NCBI GenBank assembly: GCA_028714915.1 | Contig: JAQTLL010000005.1 | Span: 193,730-257,729, forward strand | Length of the DNA stretch: 64,000 nt | Source: Sulfuricurvum sp. | GTDB taxonomy: Bacteria; Campylobacterota; Campylobacteria; Campylobacterales; Sulfurimonadaceae | Direction of reading: 5' to 3' | Translations under genes and position numbers: made by a program | Notes under the pieces: model-generated | Seen by the model: the letters and a program-made list of their open reading frames with translations, nothing else | Databases searched by the model: none | What the model was told of the DNA's origin: nothing | In this document: piece after piece, positions 36,767-47,023 of the stretch | Position numbering within the stretch: the stretch's first letter is position 1 | How the letters are laid out: each line of letters begins with the position of its first letter

Positions 36767-39076
36767 CTACAGCTCTTTATTTTTTAGCCGAAGGGCATTT
36801 AAGATAACCGATACCGAACTGAAACTCATTGCCGCCGCCGCGATCATCGGGGAGAGTAAAATACCGAAAAAAGGATACAATATCCCCGCTGCAATCGGTA
36901 TCCCGATACTGTTGTAAAAAAATGCGAAAAAGAGATTCTGCCGAATGTTGTGCATTGTCGCACGGCTAAGACGGCGTGAGCGAACAATTCCTCGCAGATC
37001 CCCTTTGATAAGAGTAATCCCCGCGCTTTCCATCGCAACATCGGTTCCTGTCCCCATCGCAATTCCCACGTGAGCTTGTGCTAGCGCAGGGGCATCGTTA
37101 ATGCCATCTCCCGCCATAGCGACAATATGCCCCTCCATCTGAAGCCGTTTAACCGTTTTGGCTTTCTGCTGCGGCAGCACTTCTGCCTCCACCCGATCGA
37201 TCCCCAGTTTGGCGGCGACTGCTTCGGCAGTGATACGGCTATCCCCAGTCAGCATCACAACGGTTATCCCCTCATGGTGCAAATCCGAGATGGCTTCTGG
37301 GGTACCTGCTTTAATCGGATCAGCTACCCCAAGAATCCCCGTCGCTTCTGATTTGACGGCAAGAAACATCACACTCTCCCCCAAGCGGCGTAAACTGTCT
37401 GCCTGTACCAAAAGTGCCGAGGTATCAATCCCAAAACTCTCCATAAGTTTTAGATTTCCCAACGCAATCCGCTCTCCTTCCACGATGCCAACGACCCCTT
37501 TTCCCGTCACCGACTCGAAATTCTCTATTTCTACCGGGGACAATCCTCTCTCCTGCGCTGCATTGACAACCGCTCTAGCAAAGGGGTGTTCGCTGAAGCG
37601 TTCCAACGAGGCCGCCAAACGGACAACCGACGCTTCGTCCCACTTATTCCCCGCAATTACGGAGACCAGCTTCGGTTTTCCTTCAGTAAGAGTCCCCGTC
37701 TTATCAATGACAAGAATATCAATTTTTTCCATCATCTCCAGTGCTTCAGCATTTTTGATCAGGACACCCGCCCTTGCCCCTTTGCCGGTTCCGACCATGA
37801 TCGATATTGGAGTTGCCAATCCCAATGCACAAGGACAGGCAATGATTAAAACAGCTACAGCATTTATCAAAGCGTATGCCAGAGAAGGCTCAGGACCCCA
37901 TTGGTTCCAGACGACAAAGGTGATCAAGGCAATCATAATAACAGCAGGGACAAAATAACCAGATACCGTATCGGCGGTTTTTTGAATCGGCGCACGGGAA
38001 CGCTGTGCCTGCGAGACCATCGCCACAATTTGGGAAAGCAGCGTATCAACCCCCACTTTTTGCGCCCACATTACAAGGCTTCCTGTCGTATTGATCGTCG
38101 CACCGATAAGATGCTCTCCCTTTTTTTTGGATACAGGAATCGGTTCACCGGTCACCATCGACTCATCCACATGGCTCTCCCCCTCGATCACTTCACCATC
38201 AACCGGAATTTTCTCACCCGGACGGATACGGAGTCTATCCCCCGGTTGCACTGCCTTGATGAGAATATCTTCTTCACTGCCGTCTTCTCGGATAATATGT
38301 GCGATCTTCGGAGAAAGCCCCAGCAACAAACGAATCGCATCATTGGTACGGCTTCGAGCTCGAAGCTCTAACACCTGTCCTAACAAAACCAGCGCCGTGA
38401 TAACCGATGCCGCTTCAAAATAAACCGGAACAACCTCCATTTGCATCGATAGATTTTCCGGAAAAATATTCGGAAACAAAACGGCAATGGCACTGTAGAT
38501 CCACGCGCTCCCTGTCCCCAACGCGATGAGGGTAAACATATTGAGACTGCGGTTGCGGACCGATTCCCATGCTCGAAGGTAAAAGATCCATCCCCCCCAC
38601 CATACGACGGGTACGGAGAGAAACATTTCAAACCACTGACGGGTCTTGGGATCAACAATCACGTCAAATTGTCCGGGAAAAAACTCAGAACCCATCGCAC
38701 TGATCAATACCACGACCGATAACAGCATGCTGATCCAAAAACGGCGTTTCATCGCATCGTATTCTGTCGTATCATCTTCGAGCTGCAATGTTTTTGGTTC
38801 GAGCGCCATACCGCATTTTGGACAGCTTCCCGGCCCTTTTTGCTCCACTTCAGGATGCATGGGACACGTGTAGAGAACACTCTCAGCTGCATCGATTAAA
38901 CAGCTATGATTGTAACACGATGAGGGGGAGGGTTCAGAGGGGAGAAAATTTTCAGGATGCTCTAAAAATTTGTGCTGACAATGCCCAGAGCAAAACAGGT
39001 AATGTTGGTCTTTATAATCGCTTTGGTACGGTGTAGAGGGGGAAACCTCCATACCGCAGACAATATCTTTAACCAT
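36767..39076 (-). CDS. copA: copper-translocating P1B-type ATPase with TRASH/YHS-like and CxxC-rich N-terminal domains
   Basis: CPC ([12 protein letters not shown]), [15 protein letters not shown], and SEHP in the N-domain. The N-terminus has VCGMEV...FCSGHC (TRASH/YHS type) and [17 protein letters not shown], not a GMTCxxC HMA domain. Confidence 0.9.
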   Translation of the reverse strand: MVKDIVCGMEVSPSTPYQSDYKDQHYLFCSGHCQHKFLEHPENFLPSEPSPSSCYNHSCLIDAAESVLYTCPMHPEVEQKGPGSCPKCGMALEPKTLQLEDDTTEYDAMKRRFWISMLLSVVVLISAMGSEFFPGQFDVIVDPKTRQWFEMFLSVPVVWWGGWIFYLRAWESVRNRSLNMFTLIALGTGSAWIYSAIAVLFPNIFPENLSMQMEVVPVYFEAASVITALVLLGQVLELRARSRTNDAIRLLLGLSPKIAHIIREDGSEEDILIKAVQPGDRLRIRPGEKIPVDGEVIEGESHVDESMVTGEPIPVSKKKGEHLIGATINTTGSLVMWAQKVGVDTLLSQIVAMVSQAQRSRAPIQKTADTVSGYFVPAVIMIALITFVVWNQWGPEPSLAYALINAVAVLIIACPCALGLATPISIMVGTGKGARAGVLIKNAEALEMMEKIDILVIDKTGTLTEGKPKLVSVIAGNKWDEASVVRLAASLERFSEHPFARAVVNAAQERGLSPVEIENFESVTGKGVVGIVEGERIALGNLKLMESFGIDTSALLVQADSLRRLGESVMFLAVKSEATGILGVADPIKAGTPEAISDLHHEGITVVMLTGDSRITAEAVAAKLGIDRVEAEVLPQQKAKTVKRLQMEGHIVAMAGDGINDAPALAQAHVGIAMGTGTDVAMESAGITLIKGDLRGIVRSRRLSRATMHNIRQNLFFAFFYNSIGIPIAAGILYPFFGILLSPMIAAAAMSFSSVSVILNALRLKNKEL

Positions 39077-39116
39077 TTTCCCCCCTTTCCATACTTTTTT
39101 AAAGGCGACTGGTATT

Positions 39117-39151
39117 ATTGTACACTATCAACAATAGAAAATTGGTACAAT
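39117..39151. promoter_or_regulatory. inverted repeat ATTGTAC-N21-GTACAAT in the copA / rluA-like divergent intergenic region
   Basis: ATTGTAC at 39117-39123 and GTACAAT at 39145-39151. On the copA strand this reads TTGTAC..N..TACAAT, which could also be promoter elements. The function is only a guess. Confidence 0.25.
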
Positions 39152-39178
39152 TCCCTATATATTCTGTAAAGAGGCTGT

Positions 39179-39865
39179 TTGAGCGCATATCGCAAAATTT
39201 TTCCCATCATCTATGAAAATCTCTCCTTTATTATTACCGTCAAAAGCAGCGGAATAAATTTTCACTCCGAAGAGGAAGCAGGATTCGTTGTCCAAGTAAG
39301 TCAACAAATGGGCATTCCCCTTTTCCCCGTCCATCGCCTCGATAAAATGACATCAGGATTAATAATCTTCGCCAAAACCTCGGAAGTTGCAGCGATGTTT
39401 GGGAAAATGTTTGAAAATAGAGAAGTTGAGAAATATTATCTTGCCATCTCGATGCGCAAACCGAAGAAAAAACAAGGGTGGGTCAAAGGGGACATGACAA
39501 GTGCCAGACGAGGAGATTATAAGCTCCTCGCTACCATGGACAATCCTGCCATCACACAGTTTGTCAGCTGTGCCTTACGCACCCACGAGCGCTTTTTCCT
39601 CATCAAACCCCATACGGGAAAAACCCATCAAATCCGTGTTGCCCTTAAAAGTCTCGGTTCTCCCATCGCAGGAGATGAACGATACGCGCAAGCCGATGTT
39701 GCACGCAAAGAAGAGAGAGGGTATCTGCACGCTTATGCACTGCGGTTTCATCTCAACGGTGAGGAATTCAGTTTTGTTTCACCGCCCAATGAAGGGGAGC
39801 GGTTTGTCAGCGATGCGTGTAAAGTACAGATTGAAATGTGGTGTATGCCGTGGGACTTATTTTGA
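39179..39865 (+). CDS. RluA-family pseudouridine synthase (no S4 domain)
   Basis: HRLDKMTSGLIIFAK catalytic motif and GKTHQIRVAL. TTG start with AAGAGG upstream. Confidence 0.8.
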   Translation: MSAYRKIFPIIYENLSFIITVKSSGINFHSEEEAGFVVQVSQQMGIPLFPVHRLDKMTSGLIIFAKTSEVAAMFGKMFENREVEKYYLAISMRKPKKKQGWVKGDMTSARRGDYKLLATMDNPAITQFVSCALRTHERFFLIKPHTGKTHQIRVALKSLGSPIAGDERYAQADVARKEERGYLHAYALRFHLNGEEFSFVSPPNEGERFVSDACKVQIEMWCMPWDLF

Positions 39866-40803
39866 AAATTTTTACCACCGAACCTCTCATCCATATCCTG
39901 TCATGGGCACATGAAACACTCAAAGAATCCAATACCCTGACCTTCGAAGTGCTCAATCCTGACATCACAGGCGGAACCTATGCCGGTGAGAGCATTACCA
40001 TCGACAATCAAACCTACCTTTATCGAGGATACAAAGCATGGAGTGATTTGGGAGAGATTCTTTTTTGCCGTCTTCTTACACCGACAATAGCCTCTGCACA
40101 TACCGTCCAAATTACCTATGAAAAACTCGACCTCAGTGACTCCTTTCATCACAGTGATGCGAAAGAAGAAAAATATGGGGCAGACTCACGCTTTGCCGCA
40201 CTACACAAAAATGAAGAACCTGCCTTTCTCTCTCCGTACCTGCGTGCACTGCGAAGTGTTCATGTCGGAGAAAAAAAACGGATTCTTAATCTCGGAATTA
40301 ACACAGGAGATGAGTTTGACCTTATCCGTCAAATTTTGTCCCATGAAGAGTATCTCAAGCTTGAACTCGTTGGAATCGACCATTCCCAAACGGCTATTGC
40401 TCACGCACGAAAGCGATTTTCGGAAGGAAATGCAACCTTTTACATCCATGACATCAATGATCTCGCCATCCTAGATTTAGGACGCTTCGACCTCATCATC
40501 ACCATCGGAACACTTCAAAGTCCCGGAATCGATTTCAAACTGCTCTTTATGAAGCTCGTCCAAGAGTATCTGACACCCAATGGAGCAATGATTTTAGGAT
40601 TTCCAAACTGTCGATGGATGGGAGGGGAGATGATCTATGGGGCCAAAGCGCCCAATTATCCTTATTCTGAGATGACACTACTTTACAAAGATGTTTATTA
40701 CTGCAAAAAATATTTACAACAAAAGAAATTTCGAGTGACCCTTACAGGAAAGGACTATGTCTTTTTAACCGGAACAAAAATAAGGCAGTCCCTAATTATC
40801 TAA
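39838..40803 (+). CDS. class I SAM-dependent methyltransferase
   Basis: Motif I ILNLGINTGDE and a later DLIITIGTL. Start uncertain: GTG 39838, or TTG 39862, which overlaps the upstream TGA as TTGA. Confidence 0.65.
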   Translation: MVYAVGLILKIFTTEPLIHILSWAHETLKESNTLTFEVLNPDITGGTYAGESITIDNQTYLYRGYKAWSDLGEILFCRLLTPTIASAHTVQITYEKLDLSDSFHHSDAKEEKYGADSRFAALHKNEEPAFLSPYLRALRSVHVGEKKRILNLGINTGDEFDLIRQILSHEEYLKLELVGIDHSQTAIAHARKRFSEGNATFYIHDINDLAILDLGRFDLIITIGTLQSPGIDFKLLFMKLVQEYLTPNGAMILGFPNCRWMGGEMIYGAKAPNYPYSEMTLLYKDVYYCKKYLQQKKFRVTLTGKDYVFLTGTKIRQSLII

Positions 40804-40812
40804 CCTATTAAT

Positions 40813-41130
40813 TTACTTTTTTTTATCCCAGTGGTTTTCAACAAGATGATCAGAATGTACTTCATCCAATATATCAATTGTTTTTAAAGCATAGACCTGT
40901 TCATCCACAGTAATACAGAAGATCTCATAATTACCCATATCTACATTCTGTTTAATAACCACTTCTTTAACTCCCAGAGAAAGAGCAAAGCTTCGAATAG
41001 CGCTCAATGCCTCTTTCTCTTTTGTTACAACTTTAACAATTAAATCACCTTTATACCCTGAATAGGTATGTATATCCTGAATATCAAAGTCTAATGCAAA
41101 GCGAATAATTTTTTTTCTCTCTTCCTTCAT
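40813..41130 (-). CDS. hypothetical protein
   Basis: 105-aa ORF, AT-rich, no recognised motif. Confidence 0.4.
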   Translation of the reverse strand: MKEERKKIIRFALDFDIQDIHTYSGYKGDLIVKVVTKEKEALSAIRSFALSLGVKEVVIKQNVDMGNYEIFCITVDEQVYALKTIDILDEVHSDHLVENHWDKKK

Positions 41131-41256
41131 ATTACAATACTCCTCTTACTAAGGATGAAAATTTACTGACTTAGTATAGCATATTTAAATACTATCTTAG
41201 TTCTTCTTTTGATTACGCTATACTGCACATAACTTATTTTGCATCGAGAGAGTGCA

Positions 41257-43389
41257 ATGCCTATAAAAAGCATTTTAACACAATTCACATCATCGATTAT
41301 CCGTTTGGAATCTCTGCAAAAGCCATGGTTGGGTATCGTAACCTCTGAGAACGAAATTTATCTCTACAATACCGTCAAGCAATCCAAAGAAAAAATTGTA
41401 CATCTCAATTTATCCAATGATGCGACACTCATCTGCGCTTTTGATCCTCTTGGGATGCAGCTGATTTTCGGAACAGATCAAAGTAAGACTCTCCATCTGA
41501 TTGATCTCAATCAAAAAAAAATAATACGGCGATTTGAACTTGATCATCAGCATCCCACCGCTATAGCTTTTGCTCCTGACGGTTCTCATTTTATCTGCGG
41601 AACAGACGAGGGTCGGGTATTGCTTTGGCGATGTGATGCAAAAACTATGATTGCGCGAATGCACTCTTTCCCCGAATATGCTGCCTATTCCACTATTAAA
41701 CCAAAGCTTAACTTTGTCTCCGTACTAAAATTTGAAGGAGATTTACTCGCAACATCAGGATACGGAGGGAGTGTCGTCATTACTGATTATCAAAGCCAAA
41801 CACATATACATCGGCTTCATCCGGGGTATGTTCGCAACAATGCTCTCCTCTTTTATCATGAGAGTTTAATTGTCGGTAATCAAAACGGAATTCTCTTAAA
41901 ACTTGATCGAAATGGCAAATCTCTCAATCAGCGTCTAGCAACACCACTTGCTTCAATTACCCAATTGCTCCGGATTGGTCCTGAACCCTACATTCTTGTT
42001 GCATCCACTCATCGCCGCCTTCTCCTGATTGATGGCGAAAAAATGCAAATTATTCATGACCGTTATATTGAACTTGATGAAAACCTCACTTCTCTTTGCA
42101 AAGTGGAGGAATCAACGATTTATGTCGGTACCGAAAAGGGAGGAATATACCGTTTCGATCTCGAACCCCTAAATCATTTTGAATCACTGATAAAGTCCAA
42201 AGCATATGCAGAAGCCTATCTTTATACGCAACAAGAACCGCTACTGCAAAAAAACAAAACCTATGAAATTCTAGAATCAATCTTTGAAAAAGATCTCTAT
42301 TTGGCTTCTCTTGCTTTGGAAAAAGGGGAAAATGAAAAAGCTAAAATAATTTTAACTCCATTTTTGCCCGCCAAAGCTAAAGAAATCACAACTCTTTTTA
42401 CAGCATTTTTACATATAAATCGGCTCATGTACCTTTTTAAGCAACAAAAGTTCTCCGCTTTTTACGGCTTGATTGAACAATACCCGTTTTTGCGTAGGAC
42501 ATCCGTATATTCGCAGGCAGAGGAAGTATGGGAGAACTGCTTTTCTCATGCACAGAAATGGATGCTTTCCGGAAAAACAAAAGAAGCCAGAGCCAAACTG
42601 CAACCTTTCTCGATGGTCAATGTCAAAGCTCCATTCATTCAGCTCCTGCTTCAACATATCGATGTGCTCAAATCCTATTCCAAAGCACTTCATTCACACG
42701 ACTATCAAACCCTTAAACAGCTAAGCCAACATTATTCAATTATTCGAAAACTCCCCTCTTATCTCCGACTCATTGCCGAAGCCGGAGAACTTTCTCCGGC
42801 AATTACTGATGCACTCAAAGACAAAGCGTTTGAACACGCTTTTTTATTACTCGAGGAGCTTAGGGATGTGGTTCAGTATGAAGACGATTTTATTCGGCTT
42901 AAAAATTTTGCTTCCTATGCCTTTAATCTTCACCGTACGATTCAAAATCATCATTGGAGATCTGCTTACCATTTGCTGGATACTCATCCCGAGCTTTTGA
43001 TCCTCCCTTGGGGGAAAATTCTCGAAGAGCAATGGCACCATAAACTCGAGCAATGTGAACGTTATGCAATGATAGGAGATCTCTCCTCTATCAAAAAAGA
43101 GCTTACCAATCTCATAAATCTTCAAAATCGATATGAACGTATCGGTGATATTCTACGAGCAGCCTACCATGCACAGCTCAAACAAATAGTGATAAAACAT
43201 TCTGAATCATTTGAAAGGGCCGTAAATAACTATTGTGATCTTTTTGGTATGGATACAGAACTGCTTTATCTTTTAAAGCAAACCCAACATCAAGGGATCC
43301 GTGCAAACCTTCAGCCCATACAGTACAAATTTAAAGCTCGAAGCTTTTGGCTTAGAAATATCCAAAGACTTCCCGACCATATCGCCTAA
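41257..43389 (+). CDS. large soluble protein: N-terminal WD40-like beta-propeller, C-terminal helical repeats
   Basis: The N-terminal ~300 aa show recurring strand patterns with short WD-like ends (e.g. HFICGTDEGRVLLWR, LLATSGYGGSVVITD). The C-terminal ~400 aa are helical and TPR-like. The assignment is by eye only. Confidence 0.5.
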   Translation: MPIKSILTQFTSSIIRLESLQKPWLGIVTSENEIYLYNTVKQSKEKIVHLNLSNDATLICAFDPLGMQLIFGTDQSKTLHLIDLNQKKIIRRFELDHQHPTAIAFAPDGSHFICGTDEGRVLLWRCDAKTMIARMHSFPEYAAYSTIKPKLNFVSVLKFEGDLLATSGYGGSVVITDYQSQTHIHRLHPGYVRNNALLFYHESLIVGNQNGILLKLDRNGKSLNQRLATPLASITQLLRIGPEPYILVASTHRRLLLIDGEKMQIIHDRYIELDENLTSLCKVEESTIYVGTEKGGIYRFDLEPLNHFESLIKSKAYAEAYLYTQQEPLLQKNKTYEILESIFEKDLYLASLALEKGENEKAKIILTPFLPAKAKEITTLFTAFLHINRLMYLFKQQKFSAFYGLIEQYPFLRRTSVYSQAEEVWENCFSHAQKWMLSGKTKEARAKLQPFSMVNVKAPFIQLLLQHIDVLKSYSKALHSHDYQTLKQLSQHYSIIRKLPSYLRLIAEAGELSPAITDALKDKAFEHAFLLLEELRDVVQYEDDFIRLKNFASYAFNLHRTIQNHHWRSAYHLLDTHPELLILPWGKILEEQWHHKLEQCERYAMIGDLSSIKKELTNLINLQNRYERIGDILRAAYHAQLKQIVIKHSESFERAVNNYCDLFGMDTELLYLLKQTQHQGIRANLQPIQYKFKARSFWLRNIQRLPDHIA

Positions 43390-43495
43390 TCATAATAGCT
43401 CTGAAAATTACCTTTTAAAGGGAGATAACTACTTTTATAAGCACTCCTAAGTTGAAACCGATTATAATAAAACACTATTATTTTCTGGAGTTTTA

Positions 43496-44728
43496 ATGCC
43501 GTCTTCTTCTCTCTCTATCTTTCGTCAAGTTCTCACCCTCCCTGTCATCGTCATTGCAATGGGGTATTTTGTCGACATTTATGACCTTATTTTATTTGGA
43601 GTCGTCCGTGTGGCGAGCCTCAGAGAACTTGGGCTGGGCAGTGAAGAGATCACATCATGGGGTTCCACTATCCTTAACATGCAAATGAGCGGGATGCTCA
43701 TCGGAGGAATTTTATGGGGGATACTCGGGGATAAAAAAGGACGCCTCTCGGTATTATTCGCCTCTATCATCCTCTATTCGGTTGCCAATTTTCTCAATGC
43801 GTTTGTCACCAATGTTGAGCAATATGCACTGTTACGTTTTATCGCAGGTATCGGTCTTGCAGGGGAACTTGGTGCGGGAGTAACTCTGGTTTCTGAAATC
43901 CTCCCCAAACATCTTCGCGGTTATGGGGTAATGAGCATCGCGAGTTTCGGTGTATTGGGTGTTGTCGCTGCCAATTTGGTCTCACAACATTTTGACTGGC
44001 GCAATGCCTACATCTTCGGCGGATTACTTGGTTTTTCACTTCTTATTTTACGCCTCAAAGTACGTGAATCAGGAATGTTTGAACACAACCTCAGTGAGAA
44101 TATTAAACGAGGTGATTTTTTCTCTCTTTTTACCCACCGAACACTTTTGGTTAAATACCTTAAAACCATTGCTATTGGAATCCCGCTGTGGTTTATTGTC
44201 GGAGTGTTGGTGATGTTTTCCCCCGAGTTTGCAAAAGCTCTCCAAATTACAGGGGAAGTGAGCGCAGGAACTGCACTAATGTACTGTTATATCGGTTTGG
44301 CCATCGGTGATTTCAGCAGCGGCTATCTCTCCCAAAAACTTCAAAGCCGCAAAAAAGCATTTACCCTTTTCTTAACTTTCTCTGCCGTAAGCGTTTTGTG
44401 GTACTATACCCTCACGGGAGCAACACCTGATGCCTTTTATTGGAGCTGTTTTGCCCTTGGTATTTTTTGCGGCTACTGGGCACTCTTTATTACCATGGCA
44501 GCAGAACAGTTTGGAACCAATATCCGCGCTACAGTAGCTACAACCGCACCCAACTTCGTCCGTGGTGCCGTTGTCCCTATCACCCTCTCGTTTATCGCAC
44601 TCAAAGAAAGTTATGGAATATTGGGCGCCGGTGCAATCGTTGGAGCAGTCTGTTTTAGCCTGGGAGCCATTGCTCTTTATTATACGCATGAGACATTTCA
44701 CAAAGATCTCGATTACATCGAAGCATGA
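43496..44728 (+). CDS. MFS transporter
   Basis: ~12 TM segments with the MFS loop motif GILGDKKGR between TM2 and TM3. Confidence 0.85.
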   Translation: MPSSSLSIFRQVLTLPVIVIAMGYFVDIYDLILFGVVRVASLRELGLGSEEITSWGSTILNMQMSGMLIGGILWGILGDKKGRLSVLFASIILYSVANFLNAFVTNVEQYALLRFIAGIGLAGELGAGVTLVSEILPKHLRGYGVMSIASFGVLGVVAANLVSQHFDWRNAYIFGGLLGFSLLILRLKVRESGMFEHNLSENIKRGDFFSLFTHRTLLVKYLKTIAIGIPLWFIVGVLVMFSPEFAKALQITGEVSAGTALMYCYIGLAIGDFSSGYLSQKLQSRKKAFTLFLTFSAVSVLWYYTLTGATPDAFYWSCFALGIFCGYWALFITMAAEQFGTNIRATVATTAPNFVRGAVVPITLSFIALKESYGILGAGAIVGAVCFSLGAIALYYTHETFHKDLDYIEA

Positions 44729-45408
44729 AAATCCTATTACGCACTCTTATCGCTATCGGAGTCTTGACTCTTTCGTGTGTCCACGCTTCTCCCTCTAACG
44801 CTGCCTTGAACGCTTCCCTGCAAGCCATAGACTCAGATGAGTCGTATGAAGAGATAAAAGCCCTTGACGGACTACGGGATAAATACGCTACTAGCTACAA
44901 GGCGCACACCCTGCGCTATAAAGAAACCCAAGATGAACACATCAAGATTGAAAAGAAGTTTGAAGAAGCCAATATCCCTCTATTTTTCTCTCTAATTCCC
45001 TATTGTGAGTCTAACTTTAGAAGTAAGATACGAGGGCATGGAACTGCTGGATTATGGCAATTTATGGCTCAGTCGGGACGTACATACGGGCTTACAATTA
45101 AAAAAGGGAATGATGAGCGCACTGATATGTGCCGCTCTACCGATGCGGCTATACGCTATATTAAAGATTTGAAAAAAGAGTTTAAAAGTTGGTATCTCGT
45201 GGATTTCGCGTATGGGATGGGAGAGATAAAACTCAAACGTCTCATCAAAAAAAATGGGAGTGAGAAAATCTCTATTCTCCTAAAAGATCCTGAGTTTCCA
45301 AGAGGAACCAAAGATCATTTTGGTAAAACGCTGCTGCTGGATGCCACGATTTACCATAGCACAAGTAAAGATGAGGTAACCGTTCGTCCTGAGCCTGTCG
45401 AAGGATGA
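44725..45408 (+). CDS. lytic transglycosylase (SLT domain) protein
   Basis: Signal peptide, catalytic Glu context IPYCESNFRS, and GLWQFM. Confidence 0.75.
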   Translation: MKILLRTLIAIGVLTLSCVHASPSNAALNASLQAIDSDESYEEIKALDGLRDKYATSYKAHTLRYKETQDEHIKIEKKFEEANIPLFFSLIPYCESNFRSKIRGHGTAGLWQFMAQSGRTYGLTIKKGNDERTDMCRSTDAAIRYIKDLKKEFKSWYLVDFAYGMGEIKLKRLIKKNGSEKISILLKDPEFPRGTKDHFGKTLLLDATIYHSTSKDEVTVRPEPVEG

Positions 45409-45418
45409 ACGCTTAGAA

Positions 45419-46126
45419 TTATCCGATATTGGTATAAACTGCTTGAACATCTTCGTCATCTTCGAGCTTATCAATAAGCTTTTCGATGTCTACCATCTGC
45501 TCATCAGTAAATTCAACAGGAGAGTTGGCGATACGCTCTAAGGCTGCTTTTGTAAGCTCAAAACCCATCTCTTCAAGGGCGTGAGAAAGTGCACCAAAGG
45601 CTGTATAATCGCCGTAAACAGTCACTTCTCCCTCTTCAACTTCTAAAGACTCTAACCCTGCATCAATAAGAGAAAGCTCAAGCTCGTCCATATCCATATC
45701 AGGTGCTGGAAAACTAAACACAGCTTTACGGCTAAACATAAACTCTAAAGCTCCGTTGTTTAGCGTCTCCCCTTTGCCTCTACCAAAACAGGTACGAATA
45801 TTCGAAATAGTACGGGCATTGTTATCCGTAGCGCATTCAACGAAAATAAGGGCACCGTGCGGAGCTTTACCCTCAATATTCATTTCAAACATTGTTGTAG
45901 CATCTTTTCCGCTGGCACGCTTGATCGCCGCTTCAATATTATCTTTGGGCATATTTTGCGCTTTTGCCGTCAAAATCGCCGATCGGAGTTTCGGGTTCAT
46001 GTCGGGATCGTCCCCACCCTCTTTTGCCGCCATTGTAATCATCTTGCCCAATTTAGGAAATACTCTTGACATATTTCCCCATCGCTTCATTTTTGCAGCT
46101 TTACGATATTCAAACGCTCTACCCAT
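45419..46126 (-). CDS. yebC: YebC/PmpR family transcriptional regulator
   Basis: [16 protein letters not shown]..., [12 protein letters not shown]. Internal ATG 46126 gives the canonical N-terminus. Confidence 0.9.
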   Translation of the reverse strand: MGRAFEYRKAAKMKRWGNMSRVFPKLGKMITMAAKEGGDDPDMNPKLRSAILTAKAQNMPKDNIEAAIKRASGKDATTMFEMNIEGKAPHGALIFVECATDNNARTISNIRTCFGRGKGETLNNGALEFMFSRKAVFSFPAPDMDMDELELSLIDAGLESLEVEEGEVTVYGDYTAFGALSHALEEMGFELTKAALERIANSPVEFTDEQMVDIEKLIDKLEDDEDVQAVYTNIG

Positions 46127-46193
46127 ACACAAACTCCCGTGAAAAATTAATAAAATTATAGCCTTTTTGGCTTTTATCTTCGACGAATCAGAC

Positions 46194-46913
46194 TCAATCG
46201 ATAATCGCGATGTCACTTTTGATTTGATTGAAAAGCAATGAACGGTTATCCATACGATATTGGTAATAAAACGTATTGGTCTCTAAACTTCTCAACACTG
46301 ACGTATTGTAATAATGGGCATTTGAACATCGCCCCAAATACAAGAACGTAAAGAGAAGTTTAATACGCGGATCTTCAAAAATTTCATTCGGCTGTGTCAA
46401 AAACGTAAAACCAAATTTCTTAAGATTCACAAGATCAAAAATATAATAGAGGAAATCTTCAAATTTAGTGTAAAAACCGTTTAGGCTTTCGATTTCATGA
46501 AAAAAGTAATAATAATTATCTAACAATTCATGCTTCTGAATGGTTTTAGATAATTGGCTCTTAACACTGCGCTTGGAAGCAAAATAAGAAGGGTTTACTG
46601 CCATATAAATATTGCGACGCTCTTCAATGGCTTTATTAAGAGCCGTTTCAAATGCCTCACTCTCTTCAAATCGAAGATAAAAAAAAGTATCTGAGTCTTT
46701 AAATTTTTCTTCAATTTGTTCTATTGACGGATCAGAAAAATCAAGATAAAGAGTAGGAACGCCGCATGCCATAACAAAATGACGGATTTTATTGGCTAAA
46801 TGAGTTTTTCCAGATCCGCTTTCTCCAAGAATCAACGTATTTTGATAAAGAGTTCTCTCTGTAAGTTCCAAAGTTGCAATGCTATTTTTAAATGTCCCTA
46901 TTTTTGTACGCAT
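46194..46913 (-). CDS. small P-loop NTPase, unknown function
   Basis: Walker [10 protein letters not shown] and a candidate Walker B YYYFFHE. 239 aa, no other recognisable domain. Confidence 0.55.
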   Translation of the reverse strand: MRTKIGTFKNSIATLELTERTLYQNTLILGESGSGKTHLANKIRHFVMACGVPTLYLDFSDPSIEQIEEKFKDSDTFFYLRFEESEAFETALNKAIEERRNIYMAVNPSYFASKRSVKSQLSKTIQKHELLDNYYYFFHEIESLNGFYTKFEDFLYYIFDLVNLKKFGFTFLTQPNEIFEDPRIKLLFTFLYLGRCSNAHYYNTSVLRSLETNTFYYQYRMDNRSLLFNQIKSDIAIID

Positions 46914-46974
46914 GAGTAATCCATTGTTTTAAAATTGATATGTGAGTATAACCAATGAAAACGGAGTTAAAGAT

Positions 46975-47002
46975 AAAGAGAAAAAGTCCCGCCCAAGCGG
47001 GG
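46975..47002 (-). terminator. rho-independent terminator of acs
   Basis: Minus strand CCCGC-TTGG-GCGGG followed by ACTTTTTCTCTTTATC, 22 nt after the acs TAG. Confidence 0.55.
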
Positions 47003-47023
47003 AGAGAAAAATGAAAATAAGGA

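Noticed and set aside
37127-38873. Cluster of long ORFs (up to 266 aa) overlapping copA on the opposite strand and in other frames
   Set aside because: They are low-complexity, Ser/Pro/Arg-rich, have no motifs, and overlap a P-type ATPase with all canonical motifs. They are typical artefacts of locally high GC content.
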